64,000 nucleotides of DNA from Orbicella franksi (lineage: Eukaryota): contig OZ116709.1 in NCBI GenBank assembly GCA_964199315.1, forward strand, positions 8,618,001 through 8,682,000, given 5' to 3'. Positions 39,097 through 53,300 of the stretch are shown piece by piece. The translations under genes were made by a program, and so were the position numbers. How positions within the stretch are numbered: the first letter of the stretch is position 1; each line of letters opens with the position of its first letter. The notes under the pieces are model-generated. The model was not told the DNA's origin and did not search any database. It was given only the letters and a program-made list of their open reading frames with translations.

Positions 39097-42000
39097 TCAA
39101 AAGTGATTTCTTCGGCTCTTATTCTAATCGAGGAAATGCGTTTTTCCGATCACAAAGTACTGCTTTTTGACTTTTTGACTCGTGGTTTCGATTCTGAAGT
39201 TCTTTCTAAAATGACCTTTCTACTCGATCAATCTGAAGTACTCTTTTTACATTAGCATCTTCGAAGAGTGAAACAATTTGCTTGCGGTCCTTTCTGCTTT
39301 CATACTCGGTCTGCTCTCGTTATAACAAACAAACTCAGAATCGAGCCCGACCTGGTGTCCGTAATAGTTTAACACTTTTTTTGGCATCCGTTCGTTTAGT
39401 CCCAATATCACCAGAAGTCGACTATTTCTCGTTCTTTGCATGAATATGAAAATACGAGAGTGAATGCTAAGGGCCAACTGGATTGGGTGCGAGATGTTCA
39501 CAATTCTCTCTCTCGATAATGCACGGTAAAGCTTGAAAATTGTATTTTGGGGCCAATCGACCTCCGGTTGGGGGCTAACCGCCTGCGGCTAATCGGCTTG
39601 GGGGCTAAACGACTTGTATTCCTTTTTTTTTTTTCGGTAAATTGTCTATAAAATTTCTCTTGGACTTCATTCAGTTACTGTATGTCTGTAACAGCCTGGG
39701 TTCTGCAAATTTTGCTGTCTCGAGCAAGGCGGATCGATGCAAGAGTGGACGGTAGAGTTGTCAAAATTAAGGCAAATGACATGGATTATTTGTAACTCTA
39801 ATTTGGCTGATAACCCGCCGGTTATGCACAGAACTTTGTGCTCGTATCTTCTCTTACCTAAGGCTAACGCTCAAAAAGTCAGATTCACTAACAAGTTACG
39901 GTGGTTAATTTAACTTTATAAATTTCAATGCAAGTTGATAAATAGAAGACTGAGTTCTTCTTTAACCGAAGTTCTATGTCCCGCCTCGAAGTGGACAACA
40001 TTATTCGAACCGCATGGTGGAAGCCTTTGTTTCACTGTAATTGTTTCAGTCGAAGCACTCAAGTCGACAAGAAAACTGTTAGCTGAAAAAAATGAAACGC
40101 AAATTTGGTAGAGAGCGTTGGTAGAAATTTCTTCTCTCAATAACAATTATTAAAGAGCAGTTGGTTTGCTTTGTGAATGAAACCACCTTCACCAAGTTCA
40201 AACTGCTTAATTTCATACGTGTACTTAGCTAAAATAAAACTTCATTGTTTGATTAGCCATTGGGCTGGAGGATTCATTTTGATGCCAAAAGGGGTTCTTT
40301 TCAATGTTCATGTTCTACTGTGAAAAACTGATGTATCATCAGAAAAATTTCTGACATATCTTAACTTTGCCAGTGATTTCCTTGAAGTCTCCGGCACGGC
40401 CGCACCGAACAAATATTAGTTTAGCATACGTGACAATGGAGTCTTCATGACCAGAAATAACGCGATAAGGTTTTGTTCAAAAGCCGAGAAAAAGATAACG
40501 TGAATGACCGCCCATTTTGAAATATCGCCACAACAACATGTTCAAAAGTCTGGAATTTATCCAATTAACCAGCTGGCTAAATTCTCGCTTGTTGGCCTAA
40601 GAAACGACCCTTCATTTCAGCCCGTATTTAAAAACCTTTTGTTATTTTCCTAATGACAAACAATGAATGGTCGTCTGGGTCATTTTAAGTGCGCTTAATA
40701 GTGTGGGACACTGCTTTTGTTTGCTCGGCTGTTTTCTAAAGTTGATTTGTCTATTGTTCCTAAAGATACCGGAGTTTTTTACAAGGTATGAAGATAATCC
40801 GTGGGAGGAAATTAAAAAACGCCACAATAAACGTTAAAATATCGCCCGAGAGGAGGGGCTTTGTAGTTTTTCGCGAGAATAAAACATCAGACCGGAAAAC
40901 AGTTAATCCCGTACGATTCGATTTAAACTGCAGCCTTCATTTTCGCTTTTGAATTGACCATCACAATTTAGCTATAATCGTGTAAATATTAAAAGACCTG
41001 TTTCAAAACTGAAGAACTGAAATGAACTTAAAAGCCTTAACCACAGAGTGTTAAAAGCCTGGGAACAGACAGTCAGGGTATTCAATCATTGTGTGTTCTA
41101 TAATTCAATGAGATGTTTGAAGAAAGTTCCATATATTTTCTCTTTGGCTTTCTTTTTTTAAGACAACCAAAAATTGAATAAAAAATAAAGCAGCAAATTG
41201 GCGTACTTCTGACATTCTTACATAACAGCCAAAGAAGTTAACTTTTCAAAAGCATTGTCAGCTTTTCTTCCAGTAAGTTCAATGCGGGACGTTGTGAAAA
41301 TTTTGACGGGTGGCAATTTGTTCTCGAAGCTCCATCGACCACTTATTGCCACCTGGAATGGATGGTTATTACAACTTATTGTTTGAAATCCTGAAATTTT
41401 AATGAAGAGTAAAACAAAAGGTGTTTAAGATGGTGCTCAACTCATAAGCTAACAAAATAAATTCAAAGTCTATGTCAGCTCGCGCTAAGAAACACGGTAC
41501 CATGCCTTGTTTTAAAATGGTGTCCCTGCAAATTTCAATCTCTTATTGATTTTAAAAAGTTGTATCGTTAATCCTCGCGAAGTCTAAACATGTTAACGCG
41601 TCGTGGAAAAAAACTGGTACCTGGCAGCTTGTACGAATGTCATCATTAATGCGAGAATTTTAATGGAGGCTTTTCACTTTAGGAGTGAATTTACTCGCAA
41701 CTGACAAACAATGAACCAGTCCTTTGATAGCATTTGTACAAACTTTCAACTCTCTGATTTGATGCCTGATGAAGAAATCTGGTCTATACCTGCCATCTTT
41801 CCTTATTGAGATAGCTGGTGGGATTAAGTCATTGATTGTATACGCAGATTGCATCAGCTCCTGTTGAAAAATTTGAATTTAGTCAGCAGTGTTTTGCTAT
41901 ACACCTCACACCAATTTTAAGAGCTTGGCCGGTCTGCAGACAATACTTGTTCGTCACAAAGTAGACGGATTCGAAGGCATTTTAGATAGAGGATAGTTTG

Positions 42001-45000
42001 CAAATTAGGCAGTCAGAGTTTTCTTTCTTCTCCTCTTTTTTGGTTTTGGCACCAACAGGGACAACACGCGCACCGCTAGCTAAGAAACGTAGAAAATGTA
42101 TTCCGCAAAATAGAAGTATTAAGTACGATAGACCCTTGTGCAATAGACTTAATCTTATATTTGTGAACGGTTTCTCGCTCTACCAAGCAACTGGAAAGAA
42201 AAGCTAGTTTAACTTCAAAGCCAGTTTGGAAGTGTTTGCAAATCAGGGTATGAACTCGAAAATGATCTGTTTACGAGAAATAACTGAAGAAATGCTATTC
42301 ACTTCACGTCCGCTCGTTTTCTTTCACTTTTGAGACGGTCGGGAAAATACAGAATAATCTAGGCGACTATAGCCTTCAAATACTGCCGCCTAAGGCCTAA
42401 AGACCCCGCCGGTTGGATTCGATGGCTCGCTGGCCAGAGCAAAGGCAATAAGAGTGAAGGCATTACACCGTGACAGTTATGCGAATGAGCGAACGCACCA
42501 ATCAAATGAAGCCGATTTTCACGACAGAGAAGTGTGAAATGTCTGTCCGTGAATCTTCAAAGCCATGAATTTGTCCTACTGGTTTCGTGTGAGCGCTGAA
42601 AACATTTTTCCACGATGAATTCGCCAAATACACCGCTCTACAAGGACATTGTAATGGATTTTTCGCAACTTCCGTCGATGGAGACCACGTGGAAGCGAGG
42701 TAGGATGGGATTTGTTGAAGCGGTAGCGACGCAGACGCTTTGTCCAGTTCACACGCACTGTTCGACCGTTAAGCTGTTGTGAAATGAGTCTAAAGGACTC
42801 CATAAAAGAATAGCTGGAAAAATTCTCAGCTCCCTGCCTCTATTTGGCTAAAATTGACGGTCTTATGTTAAAACACAATCACTTCCCGAAAGATTAAACC
42901 ATGGTAATGCTTTTGAATTAGGGATGATTATCACGATACGCTATATTTCCGATAAAACAACTTCAAAAGTTGTTACAAGGTGCCAAGGGAACCGTCAAAA
43001 GGTTAACACATTGAGCCTCAAAAGTCTGGATCAACTGATAACTGATACTAGTGTAATTGAGGATGATCACCCCACGATTTCAACAAATTCTCCCAATTAT
43101 GACTATGAGAAATGTATAGAGATCAGCAAGAGATATTTGCTTTTGATCACGTGATCAGAAAGACTGAATTCAAGAAACTTAGTGATAGGGCGAGTGAGTG
43201 GGTAAAGCGTGCGTGAATGGGTGAACGTGACAGAATGCTAAAATAAGTGGTTGGAAGAGTAGATCAAAAAAATGTCTAATAGCGATATTATGGCTACATA
43301 TGCTTGATCGTCTGCGGCGAGCCAAGTGACCCATATCGCTGAAGCAGTTTACACCTGAACTGATTTATATACCTGCATGGGTGGAGAGAGGCATTGTGAG
43401 AATTAACTGCCTTTCTCAAGAGCACAATGAAAAACCGGTCGGGGATCAACTGAGCTCACCAGCTCACCAACCCTTCGGACTAACCTTCAAGATTACCTTC
43501 AGCTTGTTAAAAAGTATTTGAATTCCGGGAAGAGAATTACGTCTTTTTTATGACAATAGATAAAGAAAGTGTTGATCTTCTTGTATGAAGTCATTTCTTT
43601 GCACAAAAAGCATGAGAAAGTGAGGAGCGAGAGAGCTATCGCGAGTCAGAGGAAGGAGAGGAAGACACAAAAACATCGTGGAACTGGTCACTCTGCAGTG
43701 AGTTAGTGGGCTAGACCATACATAAGGAGCAGCACAAGTCAGGAAGAGAAAACAAATACTGAAAAATGTCAGAAATGTAAGGAAAGTGGGAGACAAGCTG
43801 AGAGGTGAATAAGAAAGACAATAGTTTATAGTCGAGGAGCTGGCTAAAATCCTTTAATCAATTTAAAAGCAAAGTTAGACACGGCATTCATGGAAAACAG
43901 GATTAGTTTAATATTTAAATTAGGATTTACTACTTCAATTTTTATTAATTAGTAGTTAGCATGGACTGTTTATTAGTAGTTTATTAGTATTAATTTTTTT
44001 TTATATAACTTTAAATATTAGTATTACCTGATGATTTTTAACCGTGTATAAAGAAATGTTAAATAAATAAATAAAATAAATAAATAAATAAATAAATAAT
44101 GTTTTTGAGTGATCACGGTGAGCTAGCGTGAACAGTGGCATACGAGATTAGTCCAAGTGACTCATTTACAACTAAGGTTTTACTTATAACAACTGCCTGC
44201 TGCTCAGAGGCAAGAAATAGTTGTTCGATAAAGATTTTTACAAATGTTGACACTTGATTGGTTCTTTGTTGTGGTCTGCATTGGCAACGAGCGGCGACAG
44301 ATCAAGTTGATATGAAAACCGATACCGTACTACGTGAAATAAATGTCGTATCTACCGAAATCTCAAAAACGGGGTATGATATCGATTTTATTTCTCCTCC
44401 AAAGCAGTTGAATTGTTTAGGAATTTTTGTTCAGTTAGCATGGTTCTAAAAGTTTGAACATCGCATGGAGATTAGAAGCTAAAACAGTCCATCATTCGCA
44501 ATGTTGGTGCTCAGATCTGTTCTAGCACCAGCGCCGCCCACTCGTCGCTGAAGCACGTGCATGGGATCTCAACTGCATTGAGCAGCTTAAAGTTGTTTAA
44601 TCTTCTTGACAAACATCACAATACACGTGTTGGCCGATTTCCAGAGAGTATTCACAAAATTTATTTTTTCTAGAAAAACCTTACCATCAAGTAAACCTGG
44701 ACGGAACGCAATTAACTGCTCTACGTAGTTCCAGGGGCTAGGAATGTAAATTTGATGTATATATGGCACTAATTTGCCAGAAATTTTGAGCATTGCCAGG
44801 TTTTAAATTTTAAACATCGTTTGAAGGTCTTGCAGATTAATATTTTTTAGTGTTTACTTGACCGTGTCATAGTACATTTGGGCTGAATGGAATAAGCATG
44901 TTGTGGTGCTAAAATAGCCGACACCTCGTACCAGTTGTGTTTGTTCTAACGATGAATAGATCGAGAGAGTTTAATTTACGGCAAGAATGGAGAAAACTTC

Positions 45001-47146
45001 ACATCAGTCAAGCCGAACAGAGAAAAACCTCTTGTCTCTTGAAGAATTTTTTCGCTTCAAGTGCAAAACAGCAATAAAGCGAAATCGTAAGAATTTTAAG
45101 AGCATTAAGATTGTTTTTCAAGAACTCTTGTAAAAGGCTCATTCATATTTGATGTGTTTCACCTGCTCGTAGTTGGAAAGGATTATCGCTTTAGTTCCAG
45201 TTACTAGTTCACTATGGAAGCGCTAGAAAGCCTTTGTGGTTCATCGCTTTTACGTTGGCATAACACCAGAAATAATTCACATCCGCTTGCTGACAAACAC
45301 GTGTAAAAACCAAGGCTGCCGAAGGCGGGACTCTTTTCGAACATTTATCAATTTCCTTGGCTATTTAGAACTGGCGCGATCGCACCGGATATGTGGCCGC
45401 GCTCCTGCAAACATTCAAGAGAAACATTTTCGCGGCTTTGTTTTGTTATTAAAATTAATTCCACGTACGAATTATATTTATTCTTTTCATGGACGTGGTC
45501 GTTGTTGATATGTCGCCAATACCCCGTAAAGTTTCATTTTATTTTCCCTCTTCGAGATGGTAAGCAGCCCCGGGCGATGTCCAAGCGTGCGAAATAACAA
45601 GTCTTTTAGGCGCAAAGCAAATCCCATCCGCGCGGAATTTCTACGTTTAAATCAATGGACGTGTCGAGGCGATTTTAGTAAAGTGACAATTTCATTCCAT
45701 GTTTGTATTTCACTTAGAGGAATTGGAAGTTACTATTTTTGAAAATTCGCTGGGCAACATTAGAAACTTGAACAAGTTTTGCCCAAAGCAGAAGATCGCT
45801 GGAACACAACCAGTAGCACCATTTTCTTGGTAGTTATTTCTGGCATTTTTTGTGGCTGTGGTGTTTTTAATTCACAGCTGTTCGGTCGAAAGTCATAAAA
45901 ATTTAAACGTTTCGATTCATCCACACAATATTAATTTCAAGGGCCTCGACAAAGTTTTCTCCTCAAAGGATGACTTCTGTTTTGCAAATACTTTTGCAGT
46001 AGGCTAGTTCATTGGAAGCAAAATACCCGAACTTGATAAAGGAATTAAGACTTTCAAACTTTGGACTTTCATAATGGTTTCTTTATTGCTAATAGCTGGC
46101 CTTATTGAGATCCAGCCCGTGCCATGTGCTAATTAGATGAGTCAATACATTTCAAAAACATGAAACTCTTTGATGGACAAAAGCAGAAAGACTTAATCAA
46201 GTCCCACACGGTGCACGGCCAAAAAGAGCGCCCCGGACAAAGAGCCACCAATTATCCGTTTGAAATTGTTTGACTGTTTAGAGAATTTGCGAGCTCTTTA
46301 ACACACTCCGGGAAGCTATAGTGCTAAGACACATTAGGACTGATGCGACTCGCGTGAAAGAGACACGCCAGAAACAAAGCCAGTAATTATTGCATTTTTA
46401 CGAACCATGCGAGTCGCGTAGAACAAACGGAACCACTTTACCATGCTGTAAAACCCGCCCAAATACCACAGAACCTGCTGAAATAGACCAGGTAGCCATC
46501 TGTTACCGGTTTCACAATTCTTGTCGAAACTGACTCGGTTTATTGTCCTAGGTAATGGAGTTTTTTAAGTGTTTTAAGCCTAGTATCTGGGCATTCTATG
46601 GGATTTCGTTTCCGCTTTTAGCTTGTCGTCATGTCGGTTGATAGATGTTTTTAATGAAGTGCGCTTCTCATCAAACTGTGTACGATTCTCAAACGGGAAA
46701 GGCGCCAACCCGTCGGGTTTGGTGAGAATTTTGAAATCTATCTTATCAAAAATATTTTGATCCTCCGGAAACAGGATATAATTTCAGCTCGCTTTAAAAA
46801 ATGCTAAGCGCACACCCAGCATGAAGTGGAGATTTCAAAATAAATCTGGCATGCAAAGCCTCCTGTGTGCCACATACCAGGAATGGTTTCCTGGACACGT
46901 TCTTTAGAAGCTATTTGGCGTAGGGGACATCAACGCGCTTGCAGATGCAGGAAGAAGCGTTTCTATATTAAAAATATTGTGACATGGCTGGCGATCGGTT
47001 AGGCGACGAAATCTACTGGCTGACATTAGAATATGTGACAAGGAACATGAAAAAGGTGCTAATTCTTTCAGAAAAGAACACAAAAATATCACCTCCTCAA
47101 TGGATTGCATGTCAATTACACATATCAAGCATTAATCTCGCCGCTT

Positions 47147-47180
47147 CTGATTGGTCGCTGGAAAACGCTGGACCAATCAG
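47147..47180 (+). promoter_or_regulatory. Paired inverted CCAAT boxes in the Tbx2/3 proximal promoter
   Basis: CTGATTGG (47147-47154) and CCAATCAG (47173-47180), about 130 bp upstream of the ATG. Confidence 0.45.
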
Positions 47181-47306
47181 GTGAAGGGGTTCATTAGTTC
47201 TTGTGACATCTTACCTTGTACCGACGCAGCTGGAATAAAACTCATCAACAATCGCGAGTTCAACCGAAGAGAGCGTGAGAGAAGAGTAGTAACAGCTAGC
47301 GATAGT

Positions 47307-50300
47307 ATGGCGTACTATCCGTTTTACCCGGCAAGGATGAGAGATTTTCGCGTCAGTTCTTTGCTCGAGGGCTGTTCTCAATTTATTCCTGGAGTGCCAG
47401 GAAGCAGTTCAACGATTCCGAACAATTTAAATTCCAATGGCCCGTTTCCGTATTCACCGTACCATCCACCGCAAATGGCAAAACAACCTTCCCACTTCGG
47501 GCCAGGCGCCATATCGGGTCCCCCGCAACAAGTCCACATGCCAGTTCACGATTCGGAAAAGGAGAGTATCGATGTTTCTCTGGAAAACAAGGACCTCTGG
47601 CAGAGTTTCTACGAGGAGAAGACAGAAATGGTTATCACCAAGGCAGGAAGGTATAACGCCGACTTAGCTATTCTCTTGTGACCAGCCGCAGCGATGGATT
47701 GTGTCGAATTAAACGCCTAGCTAGATCTCGATGCAATGCAAACGCCAGTTTAAACAGACAATTTGGTCCGCGAAAAAGCTAAACAATCCCCCCAGAACAC
47801 ATTCACTCCTTTAGGTGTAACGCTATTAAGCCGGTCAGGGACCGTTGTCGATTTCACCGCCCATGTTAATTTCAATCAGCTCGTGGCTAAATGTTCTCGC
47901 TCTCTTTCAACAGGCGAATGTTTCCACCGGTCAAGGCGCGAGTCACCGGATTAGACCCGCGGGCGAAATATTTCTTTCTGATGGACATTGTCCCAGCCGA
48001 TGATTGCCGATACAAGTTCCACAATTGTCGCTGGATGGTGGCAGGAAAGGCCGACCCTGAGATGCCAAAACCACTCTACATGCACCCGGATTCACCGAGC
48101 ACAGGGGCGCAGTGGATGCAGAAAACCATTTCATTTCACAAAATGAAACTCACCAACAACATCGCAGATAAATATGGCTATGTAAGTTTCTTTTAAGCCT
48201 TTGAAATCTAGCCGCTTTATTCGTTTTTCATACATCTATCGATTTGCCGTCACGTCTGTAATTATTTTTGTTTGTTGATTGTGGTTGATGGCCGATTTAG
48301 CTCTTTATTCATTCGTTCTTTATCCCGTTTTTCTTTCAGACAATTTTGAACTCTATGCACAAGTACCAGCCACGAATTCACGTTGTGAGAGCGGACGATA
48401 CGTACAAACATCCTTATAGCAATTTTAAGACTTTCACATTTCCCGAGACGGCTTTCATTGGAGTGACGGCTTACCAAAATGAAAAGGTTTGTGTTGAACT
48501 TACTGTTAATGATTACTTTCCCCGCTTGTGTCGAATATCAAATCCTCATTTTGTTTCTCAAGTGATTTTGTGTCCATGAAATTTGATCTGGCTTAAGAGG
48601 AGTTTTGAGTATTTGTGTTTCCATTCAAGAGAGCTTTTTAGCTTTGTTGTTGAATCGATATCAATTCATCGAAAGGATCTACCCACACCAGGTTTATTTT
48701 GACTGAACAAAAAACAAAAACATACAAAGTTCTGCAAAAACTAAAACGTATTTATTTTAAAAGAAATCGTTCAATTAGTTTTTACGCTCGTCTTATTGAG
48801 GCAAAACGTCTCACTGAAATCTTCGTTATGGCTTTGCACTATCAGAAGTTTTAACAATGTTCAAACTAAAACAACAAAACTGGTGAAGGAGGTAGCATCT
48901 TTTGAAAGACTTTTAAACAAAACTGTCAGATTAAAAAAGCTTAAATTTATCTTCGTTCGTTGTTCTTTATTATTTTCTTTGTTGTTCCGTGGAGGAGTCA
49001 AATCAGTCTCGAAGATTCTCCGACATCGAATATTCTGGTAAAATATAACCTGTGTTGTTTAGTTCATCCGTCGCGTAAAAGCGGGATTGAAACTTTTTAA
49101 ATTAGGTGTCTTAGTTTTTCAATACTTTGTGTTTGTTCGTGAATGTTTACTGTTCATTTTATGTTTGGAACTATTCGCAATAAAATTGCTCCAGGAATTA
49201 AATTGTTAACCTTTTCTTTGGTTGCGACGCTTTGCGTGCGAATCGTTCTTTAAACCCGAACCTGGTCTTTAAATTATTAAATAATTCCTGGTCCTTTTGT
49301 AACTCAACTCTAAATAACGGAGAATTTAAGAGAACGGTTTGGCGAAATGAATCTTATTTCTTGCATGTTATTTTTCAACAGATAACCAAGTTAAAAATCG
49401 ACAACAACCCTTTTGCGAAGGGTTTCCGCGAACAAGGAGCTGGCCATCGAAGGCGGTTGGAAAGAAGGTACTACTTTGTCATGTTCTGTTGTGTCACACC
49501 AATTTGTTTGAATTTCATTTTCACTATCATCTTAGTGCCACTTTAATCTGTTTCACTTAAACGCTGACCCCTTGGGTACAACTACTTAATACCCGAGGCG
49601 AAGGCCTCAAATTTTTGGTACAAAGAAACATGAAAAAACAACTATTTTGACACACAAAGCCGCGAACAAGCCACAATGACTTGTTCTGCGTGCGCGATTT
49701 TCACACTTTCTTTATCACCTCTTCGTATTCATTTTGAAGGCAACGCAGCAACCCAGGGCATTCCCAACACGACGAAGACGATGAAAATAACAGTGATGAA
49801 GACGAAAATAGCAAAGAACAGGGCGCCGCAGGTTCCTCAAGCGAAATTCACACCGGTAAGTTTAATTCGTTTTACGACACCGCCTTCTTTGAATAGCGAA
49901 CGCGCTCAAAAGAAATGTGCCGCAGCGGCCGCGGCAGGGCAACTTCTGCGGCTTTCAAACACTCCACTTTTCCAGCGGAATAAAACTCTATTGAACCTCT
50001 TTTTATCAGCGTTTATGCGAAAGAATTCTAGACACTTAAAACCCATTTATTTGATTGCAAAGTTCGATTTAAAAGTTCGTTTTCAATGATTTGACCTTAA
50101 ACTGGGTTTTCGTTGGTGCTATAGAGAGTTTACTACTGGAATACTTGGAGGCATATTTCGACTATTTCGGAACTTTATTGGAATTAGGAAACTGGAGATA
50201 AAAAAAGAACTGAAGAGAGATTAAGATATGAAACAAATGATCTCTAGTGAACCGTCACAGCTGCAACGATTTCACGAAGAAAAAAACACAAACGGAACAC

Positions 50301-53300
50301 TACTGTTTTAAAATTCCACCTTAATAGTTGTTCATTCATTAGTTCTTTAGTCTGTCTGCGTTTTTGAATGAAGGTATACGGTTTATTTATAAGCAGTTGA
50401 TCAAATTTTCGGGTTTTTTGTCCGTCTCTTTGCAGATCAATCTCTTTTCTTTTTGGTTTGTTCAAAGCGCTCTTTAGCTCCCTCAATTGTGCAATCTTTT
50501 TTATCGTAATTAGAAGCTCCCACTAAACCCTTTTGAAAGAAAAATCAAGCACTTTTGTTTCACCAGTTCGACTCTCATTTTCGAAGCCTTTTTTGGCCCA
50601 ATTTCCTGGCAGATACTCGTTTTCAAAATTGCCAGTGAATAAGAAACACGTTTCCAAAATAGCAAATATATAATTTAACTTTGTTTTAAATCGCATACAT
50701 TTCGAAAATGATCACACAGTAATGCGGTTTTCAAAAGCATTGATTTAAAAAACGGAACTATGAAAGTTTTTGTTAAAATATCAAGATCTGCTTGTGTTCA
50801 TGCCTTCGCGTAAGGTTTTGGTAAGGTCCTTACTGTTTTTCGATTGCTCCCAACAAGCGTGAAATCGTGAAAAAGGTCACACTGAGCTGACATGCACTAT
50901 AAACGCAAACACTTCCTGTAACACATTCGCTTTCTCTAGCCTTGAGATATAATTTTCGCCATGGTCGTAAATATTTCACCGAATTCTGCACTAAAAGTGC
51001 GATATATTAAGGTGACATAGGTAGAGAGGAGTCCTGTCTTCAGGTAACTTTGAATTTGGTGTGAGTGTTTACCAAGGCTCTTTTTCACGAGCTTTGTTGC
51101 TCTGAGCTAAAGAGAGTGGAGACGCTTCGAAAAAAAATAACCAGGACGAGTATCGTCTCGAGGAACAAAGAGTGTCGGAAATCAGTTTAATAGAAGAGTT
51201 TCCCAATATCAATGTTTTCTCTATGGCAGATGGCCCAGAGGATATTTCATTTCCGTATTTCTGCCAGTATATGGACTTGGTGCTACTGTTTGCGTCGCAA
51301 CGTGTCAAACATTGGGAGCTCTTAATTCTGTTCACCTTTCGTAACTCACTGTAGGTGCAAATGTACGACGGCCCTTGAAACAATCGAGTTTGATTATGAA
51401 TTGTCAAGGTGCTCTTGACTTAACGATAAACAAGGCAGATTTAAACGTGAATGAATGGTTCATTTCAAAGTACAGTGATCCTGATTTCATGTTTGTCCTT
51501 CTGATGTTATTAAGTTAAGCCCAGAATAGTGGGTGATAATTTCATGCTACTTTGCCAAGAACAACTCAAAACTGAGCTGAAGTTGAAATTTCTTAGCTCG
51601 TCGTTTCCCACCCCAATCAAACTGCAAATAAGATTAAAATTCGCATTTGAGCGGAAGTGTAAATTTTCACCAACCCATTTGAACAGGATCTAGACAGCTT
51701 TAGCCCCTAATAAACGAAAACTTTTAGACAGCAGTCATCAAAATGTTCGCCTATTGTTGCCAAACGAACCCATTTGACGCGCGCTTTAAAATGCTGGTTG
51801 AGAATGGGAGCTCATTAGCTTATTAGAAACAGAAGGTTTTTAGGTAAAATACATCAACACGCTCGAAGCCAGAATTAATATACATACTGCACGGTAACTT
51901 TTACTTTTTTCCTAAACACAAAGATGCGCGAATTCGTAATAAAACATAACGATTTCACGACAAAACTTAATGAAGAAAAAACGTGCGAAATCAGTGGTGG
52001 CTTCTTCTGTTTCTGTGTGTTTGAGTTTACATAATCAGGGTGAAGTAGTGATTGTGTTTTCAATAAAACCACACTTGCAGCCGAGGTGTGGGACCTTTCT
52101 CGTATCAAGTACCAAACTAAGTTACTCTGCATTTTTAATACAACCTTTTAGCTCAATAAAAAGTCCCCCCCATTAAAAGTGTTTTTCAAAGCTTTCGAAG
52201 AGTAACAATAGGACTGTTTCGCTCGTAATGAAAAAAACGATCCGCCCCCCTAAATGAATTTTAAATCTGTCAGATCTTGCAGGTGCTTGCTAGGAATTTA
52301 GGTTCTGTAACAAACTATTTATCTGCGTGCCTAAGAATTATATTTCTTAATTTTTGGGAAAGGTTTTTTTAGTTGGAATTTTATCGTGAAGTACTGCATC
52401 GCCAGAAATGCTTTTATTTTAATGCACCTTCGAGTAGCGAGGTCATAACAAAGTAAATTTGCTCAAGGGTTTTATCTTTTAAATTTTACATCATAACCAA
52501 GCTCGGGTTTTTGTTTGAATAGGAAAACTTCTCAAAATTCAACCAAACCTCTTGAAAAAGTAATTTAGGATTAGCGTTTGGTTCTAATGAGTAAATTCAT
52601 ACCTCATTGAATTGAGCTGCGTTTGTAATCAGTGATTCTACTTTTCTCATTGATGTAACAGCGCGTTTCCAGGAAACCCACGCGCCAGGAAATAGGTTCA
52701 GGACTTATTTGTTTGCAAAGCTGCCAATTCGGTTTCTGTCTCTCGGTAACGCCGTGCAATAAATCATTCAAGATTTTCTTTCATCGCCAAACTACCATCT
52801 TTTTCACCGTGCAGCAAAGCGCAAGTTTGGACACCTTGAGTAGTTTTTACATTCATGTTGAACGAAATACGCGGAGAGGAATCATCATTCAATGTATTCT
52901 GAGGATAAGCTTAATTTCTTTATTATTTGTTTGGTTGCTTTCATGATTTCGTTATTATATTTCGTTTATGGATCTGTAGTATGTAAATAAAACCTGTGTT
53001 TCGTCTTTTCCGAACAAGTTTCTTTTCGAAACCGTCTTAAAAAGTTGACAGTTAGTCACACCCAAGTGTATATTTTCTGATCATTATGAAAAAACTCGTT
53101 GAGTTGAATGATGGAGTTTGCTTATGAGCTCATTTACGTTCAAGAAATTCTCGTTTATTTACGCTTTTCATGGAGGGGAGAGTAAGTGTTTTTGTCGATT
53201 TAACGATTTCTACAAGCAGAACCTACTGTTTCACTAAGGCCATAATTTTCTTCGTAACTAGACTAAACAAATCAAGCGGTAGAGATTTTTTCTCAGATGA

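Noticed and set aside
41764-41790. CTGATGAAGAAA as a hammerhead ribozyme
   Set aside because: There is no room for stem II and no stem III or cleavage triplet pairing.
49676-50089. 137-aa ORF in the track
   Set aside because: It overlaps Tbx2/3 exon 5 in a different frame; the splice-consistent frame gives [15 protein letters not shown]...
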